A stretch of DNA of 30,315 nucleotides from NCBI GenBank assembly GCA_964035545.1, contig CAXIUT010000167.1, positions 31,711-62,025 on the forward strand, in the 5' to 3' direction. The DNA comes from Bugula neritina (lineage: Eukaryota > Animalia > Bryozoa). Below, in pieces: positions 25,874-30,315 of the stretch. Numbering within the stretch: the first letter of the stretch is position 1; each line of letters starts with the position of its first letter. Below the pieces are notes generated by a model that worked only from the letters and a program-made list of their open reading frames with translations, ran no database searches and was not told the DNA's origin. The position numbers were made by a program, and so were the translations under genes.

Positions 25874-28259
25874 TCAGGGGTTGGGGTTGGGGTTGGGGTT
25901 GGGGTTGGGGGTTGGGGTTGGGGTTGGGGTTGGGGTTGGGTCTCAATCCAACACATAGTTGTTCCCAACTATCTCTTAGCTACTTGGTTAAATGACTGCC
26001 TTCTCCTAAAGCTTATAATATTCTCCAACAAAGTTAGATCTCGTGTTGTTCTTGAATAAAAAATTTAAGAATTGACTGGAGTTTTAATTTATGAGTGGCA
26101 TGGAGGAAAGAGAGTGAACTTTTGAGGTTGGCTGGTGGTATTTTTCTTATCATTTTAAGTAGAAATACTGGTTGTTATTTTTGTTCTAAAGCCTATATTA
26201 TTTACTATCCATGCTTGAGATCTTAGTATCTAGTTTTTTAATCTTTTTATTTAAATTTTTAATTGGCGTATTCTTCTATTATAACTTTTTATGCATTTTT
26301 TTATTATTGATCTTAGGCTACTACTTGATTTCCAGTTTGTTTCCATACTCTAAACCCTCCGTCAAGTCCTCCAGCTATTATAAAATCAGCAGCTGGTGAA
26401 ACAGTAATACTTTTAATTTCCAAAATATTATCATCTAGATCAAGTATTAGTTGATAAGTGTCGATATCCCAAAACTTAATATGTCCATCTTTACTACCTG
26501 TAAGAGCATAATGAGTATTTTTAATAAATCTGGCTACTGTGACAGCCTAAGAATGTGCAAATATAGTTTTTTGGCAATAACCAAATTACATATCCCATAT
26601 TCTTATATCTTTGTCTACACTAGCAGATATTAGTATTGCACCATCTGATGAGATGTCAATAGACGTTATAGGTAGTTTATGTCCATATAATTTAAGAGCA
26701 TTTTTGCCTGTATCGCCATAATGGATTGATATTTGGTTGTTTTGAAGAGTAATTGCTATTCTCTAAAAGTTAGGACCATATTTTGCTTATATTATCTTAT
26801 CTTAGACTAATATTCTTGAAGTTTGACGCATCTTTACTTGACCTTTACGATTAGAACCTATCTCAAATAAACCCAGTTAATTCTAATTAGCTAGTAAAGC
26901 TTTAGAGGCAGTTGCCCAGCAATAAGTCCACTATCCTGGTTACTGCAGAAGACATTCATTTTTGGATAGGTCCCATAGTGACAGTTGTGGTGGATGCAAG
27001 AGCAACAAGAAGGCAGAATTGAATAGACAACAGTGAACTGCTTTAGATTGAATGGTAAACAAAGAATTAAAAGATCCGTAGTTGTATATTTTGATATCAT
27101 TGGTGGTTCTTTGTACTAGAAATGGATATTCTAGCTATAGTTGATTAGTTCTATCGGTTGCATGAGTGATGGGCAGTTCTTCGTTGATTTAGCTGATATT
27201 TCTTCCATTATTGAGATAGATTTTACCTTGCACAGGAAAGATGTTATAAACTTTCCATAACAAAGTTTTTTATTAGGAAGGACTGACCATAATCTAGTAT
27301 AGATTGAGATTGGATTATATTTCTTATATATTTTATTAATTTTTATTTTTTATTCTTGATAATAACCTTTTCTGTTTTTGTTTTATCTTTTGCTAGTTTA
27401 GGAGTTCATACATCTCTATCTTCTTATCACCTATATTTATTATAGTATTTACTTAGGACCATGACGTGGTTGTTCTATTGGACCATTTGGACTATTCTGG
27501 TGTAGTTTTTTCTTTTTATTGTTCCCACATGGCTGCATAGATCTTTATCGTTTTGGTTTATTTTAACTATTATTATATCTTATTTGTTTGTTCCGACTAG
27601 TACTAACGATCTTGAGGATTAGTATACGAACGCTGTTGCTTAGGTTGACTGGGTGCTGATAACTGCTAGACAGAGTCGATTGTGAGCATGCCATAGCTTT
27701 AAAAATCCATCTTTAGCTGTGGAAAGGATAGCTGTGATAGGTTTTCCTTGATGTATGATGGATATTAGTTATACTTGGGTAATAGCATTGTTATGTGCTG
27801 ATTTTCTATTTATTGTATCAAATACATGGTGGTATGTTCTTCTGATAGCAGATCCCATAAAATGAGGTATCCGTCTTCTCCTCCTGATACTAGTTGTGTT
27901 TAATCTTCACTTGAAAATAGCCAGGATACGGTTGATTAATGTTGTTATAGTGTAAATAGCATTTACTGTTTGTCTATGTCCCAGACTACTATGGCTCCTT
28001 TGTCGTAGGAGGTGTAGATGCGACTGGAAGAGATATGGATATGTCTTATGGGCGTGTGGTTGTCTGGACGGTGGAGAGTGGCTATGAGTTATCCTGTTTT
28101 GAGTGAATGCAGAAGCAGGTATTGACTGGAGCCAGTGATGATGAGTTTTCCTATACTTGAGATGGATGTACTGTGATGGTCGATGGCGAAGTTGGTGTTG
28201 CGAGAGGAGGCGAATCCGACTGCCTGGTTGAAGGAGTATGAATAATAGACTTTGACCAT
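25874..28259 (-). CDS. WDR3: WDR3/Utp12/Dip2 SSU processome WD40 protein; frame runs into tract 3
   Basis: Starts MVKVY; LVSGGEDGYLILWD, AKDGFLKLW, LYGHKLPITSIDISSDGAILISASVDKDIRIWDMEFGYCQKTIFAH, THYALTGSKDGHIKFWD; 20-22 nt introns; one probable frameshift near 27300. Confidence 0.85.
25877..25940 (+). repeat. Internal telomeric tract 3 (GGGGTT)n, 64 nt
   Basis: 11 G blocks, one being G5 and the last G3; left flank ...CTATCA. Confidence 0.97.
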
Positions 28260-28323
28260 GACTGTTGTTGATTATATACTATAATATCACAATATTAGCA
28301 ATATTACTAATTTTACATAAGAA

Positions 28324-30210
28324 TCATTCTATCAATTTATTGGCTGTCAGTAGTAGTAATTCTTACTGTTTGATTTGATTATGCAGCAATTACACTTTTT
28401 ATGAGAGGGTGTAATCATAGAAGGATGGTACTTGAATGTTGACAACTTTCCATTCCAAATCATTCATTAGTTTTTTATTTAATTTGATTTAAATACTATT
28501 GATTTGTTTTTGGTTGTAAGCATTGATTGCTATTTTACTATTGTTGTTTGCAAAATGAGGTAATCTATGCAGATAAGATAGAATTTATAGATTTTGTTAT
28601 AGATTGTATAGTTTTATTTATTTGAATAGCTTTGATATTGAGGTTATGTTTTTGTTTTAGAGGTTTTATTGCTTTTATTGTTAAAGTATGGTTTTGTAGT
28701 TTGTTTGTTTTAGTTATAAAAGAAGTTTGTTTAGTAATCTTGTTGTCTATTCACTATCTTATTATCCTTCATATTATCTTTATTGTTCTTTTTCGAGTGA
28801 TTTTATAAGTAGTTTATTCGTGTTGGTATTGAGTCTGAGATAGTTGAAGACCAGCCAGTCAAAATCTCTGATATTACAATTGTTATTCTAAATAAATTCC
28901 AAGACAAGTCGATAACCTTTAAGATGTGGCTTGAAAGTATCAGAATGATAGTACAATATCAACTATATCAATATCATATGATAAGCTGATGATAGAGTTA
29001 GTTGTTATATTTATTAGAAATTGATACTATGATAGTGGAGTTTAATAAGTTGCCAGTTGATGATTTACAACTTGGATATCAAGGTTATCAATTATAGTTT
29101 ATCTTATACTTTATTTATATTTATGGTTATATTTTATGACTATTGTTTGTTTTATTGTAGTATTTATGCTATTTTGTTACTCAATTTAGGGTATTTAGTT
29201 TACTGGAATAGGTCTATTATTTACTATTGCTACTACAACATATTTTACAACAGATATGGGTCAATCAATGTTAACATCCATGTAAAACATCTTATATTCC
29301 CACTTTTATTCAATAAATTAACTATTACCTTTCTGCCATGGTTTATAACACATCCTTGCATTACTTTAACAGAATTATTTATGTTTATTTAGTCAAATAT
29401 AGCCAAATAATTTAGCATCAACATCAAGTGATCTTATTTTGGTTGATGCAGATCTTTATCTATTCTTTGTTTGTATATGTTATTAAATAACTAAATCAAT
29501 CTCAAACAGTTAGTATTTACGATATTGTCCGCATGGTTGTTAAGAATTGAGGATGATAGAGGTATCCAGAGGTAGAGGTGGTTGATAGATATGATTCTAT
29601 TACTCTATTAGTTATACTACCACTTTTTTATTATCTTATTTAATATGCTTTTTTGGAGATCCAATAATATGCTACCTGAATACCTATCTTATTGGTTATA
29701 TTTGATGGATGTGACTCTGAAGACGGCTTTGAGTTGGTCGTCGTTCATGACTAGTAGTTATTTTTTGAGCGCTAGACAGATATTTTTGATGAAGTTGGTA
29801 TCGAATCGATAGAAAGGCCAACTATTGAGCATAATAAATAGCAATTTGGTATTTTATTATATTGAGCACAGATGTAATCTTTTTCTAATTGTTGTTTATA
29901 TTAATTGCCAGATCTATCTGTCTGTTACTGCGTCTTCTATCAGTTTGTAGCCGATGTGTAGTAGCTTTATCAGTGGAAATTCTTATAGTTGGAGACCTCC
30001 GTTGGTCAGATGTTGGTTGTAGGTGAGAGTTGATGACATGAAGGAGAGGGAGTCGAAGTGAGAGAGGAGAGAGGGGATGTGGTGGGTCGTAAGAAGGAGA
30101 AGAGACAGTTTATTTGCTTTTTGGAGGGAGTGATGGGTGTGAGTTGTGGTTGATAGAGATGATTGTCTGATTGAGATGGAGAAGGTGTTTTTTATTATTT
30201 TGGATAGCAT
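28324..30210 (-). CDS. Probable mitochondrion-targeted helical protein, possible RAP-like C-terminus
   Basis: Basic, Ser/Thr-rich presequence-like start MLSKIIKNTFSISIRQSS; long frame; C-terminal LEWKVVNIQVPSF...EKVELL weakly RAP-like. Confidence 0.5.
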
Positions 30211-30234
30211 TATTATTATTTGTGATTATTATTT

Positions 30235-30315
30235 GGGGTTGGGGTTGGGGTTGGGGTTGGGGTTGGGGTTGGGGTTGGGGTTGGGGTTGGGGTTGGGGTT
30301 GGGGTTGGGGTTGGG
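30235..30315 (+). repeat. Right telomere (GGGGTT)n
   Basis: Perfect array running to the last base. Confidence 0.97.

Noticed and set aside
16998-25940. CRISPR array or telomere-bearing transposon (Tel-1/TBE-like)
   Set aside because: No spacers, tracts are direct rather than inverted, no transposase was recognised, and the intervening DNA holds ordinary genes.
176-28259. General UGA=Trp (stop-less, context-dependent code)
   Set aside because: Trp residues I read in conserved domains (esterase, kinase, BBS4, BEACH, WDR3) use TGG, and TGA appears at gene ends. In-frame TGAs occur only in introns, at frameshift errors or in unassigned DNA.
5992-29392. Hydrophobic F/L/I-rich track ORFs (5992, 7229, 15695, 16161, 25226, 26211, 29057 and others)
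   Set aside because: Antisense or out-of-frame shadows of A-rich genes on the other strand.
176-30210. Standard ciliate code (UAR=Gln) or split code UAA=Lys/UAG=Glu
   Set aside because: TAA falls at invariant Glu positions in several unrelated domains, not at Gln or Lys positions.
82-30234. Conserved chromosome breakage motif beside telomeres
   Set aside because: Flanks share only AT-richness and TCA adjacency at the internal tracts; five sites are too few to define a motif by eye.

Overview
An AT-rich, gene-dense eukaryotic molecule capped by (CCCCAA)n at the left end and (GGGGTT)n at the right, i.e. a complete ~30 kb ciliate macronuclear-type chromosome or contig. The supplied ORF track is fragmented because it uses the wrong code. 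TAA and TAG occupy conserved glutamate positions (kinase, BEACH, Myb, histidine phosphatase, zinc finger, histone fold) and TGA is the only stop. This matches the peritrich ciliate code (NCBI table 30), not the usual UAR=Gln code. Re-translated by hand, the window holds about 20 genes with tiny, mostly 20-22 nt GT-AG introns and spacers as short as 20-55 nt. The most unusual structure is three internal GGGGTT tracts of telomere length (77, 99 and 64 nt), all oriented like the right end and each directly abutting a TCA/TGA. Two of them sit at the 3' end of a recognisable minus-strand gene. Several single-base homopolymer frameshifts indicate residual sequencing error, so a read or assembly artefact must be excluded. 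All product calls come from motif recognition; no database search was run.
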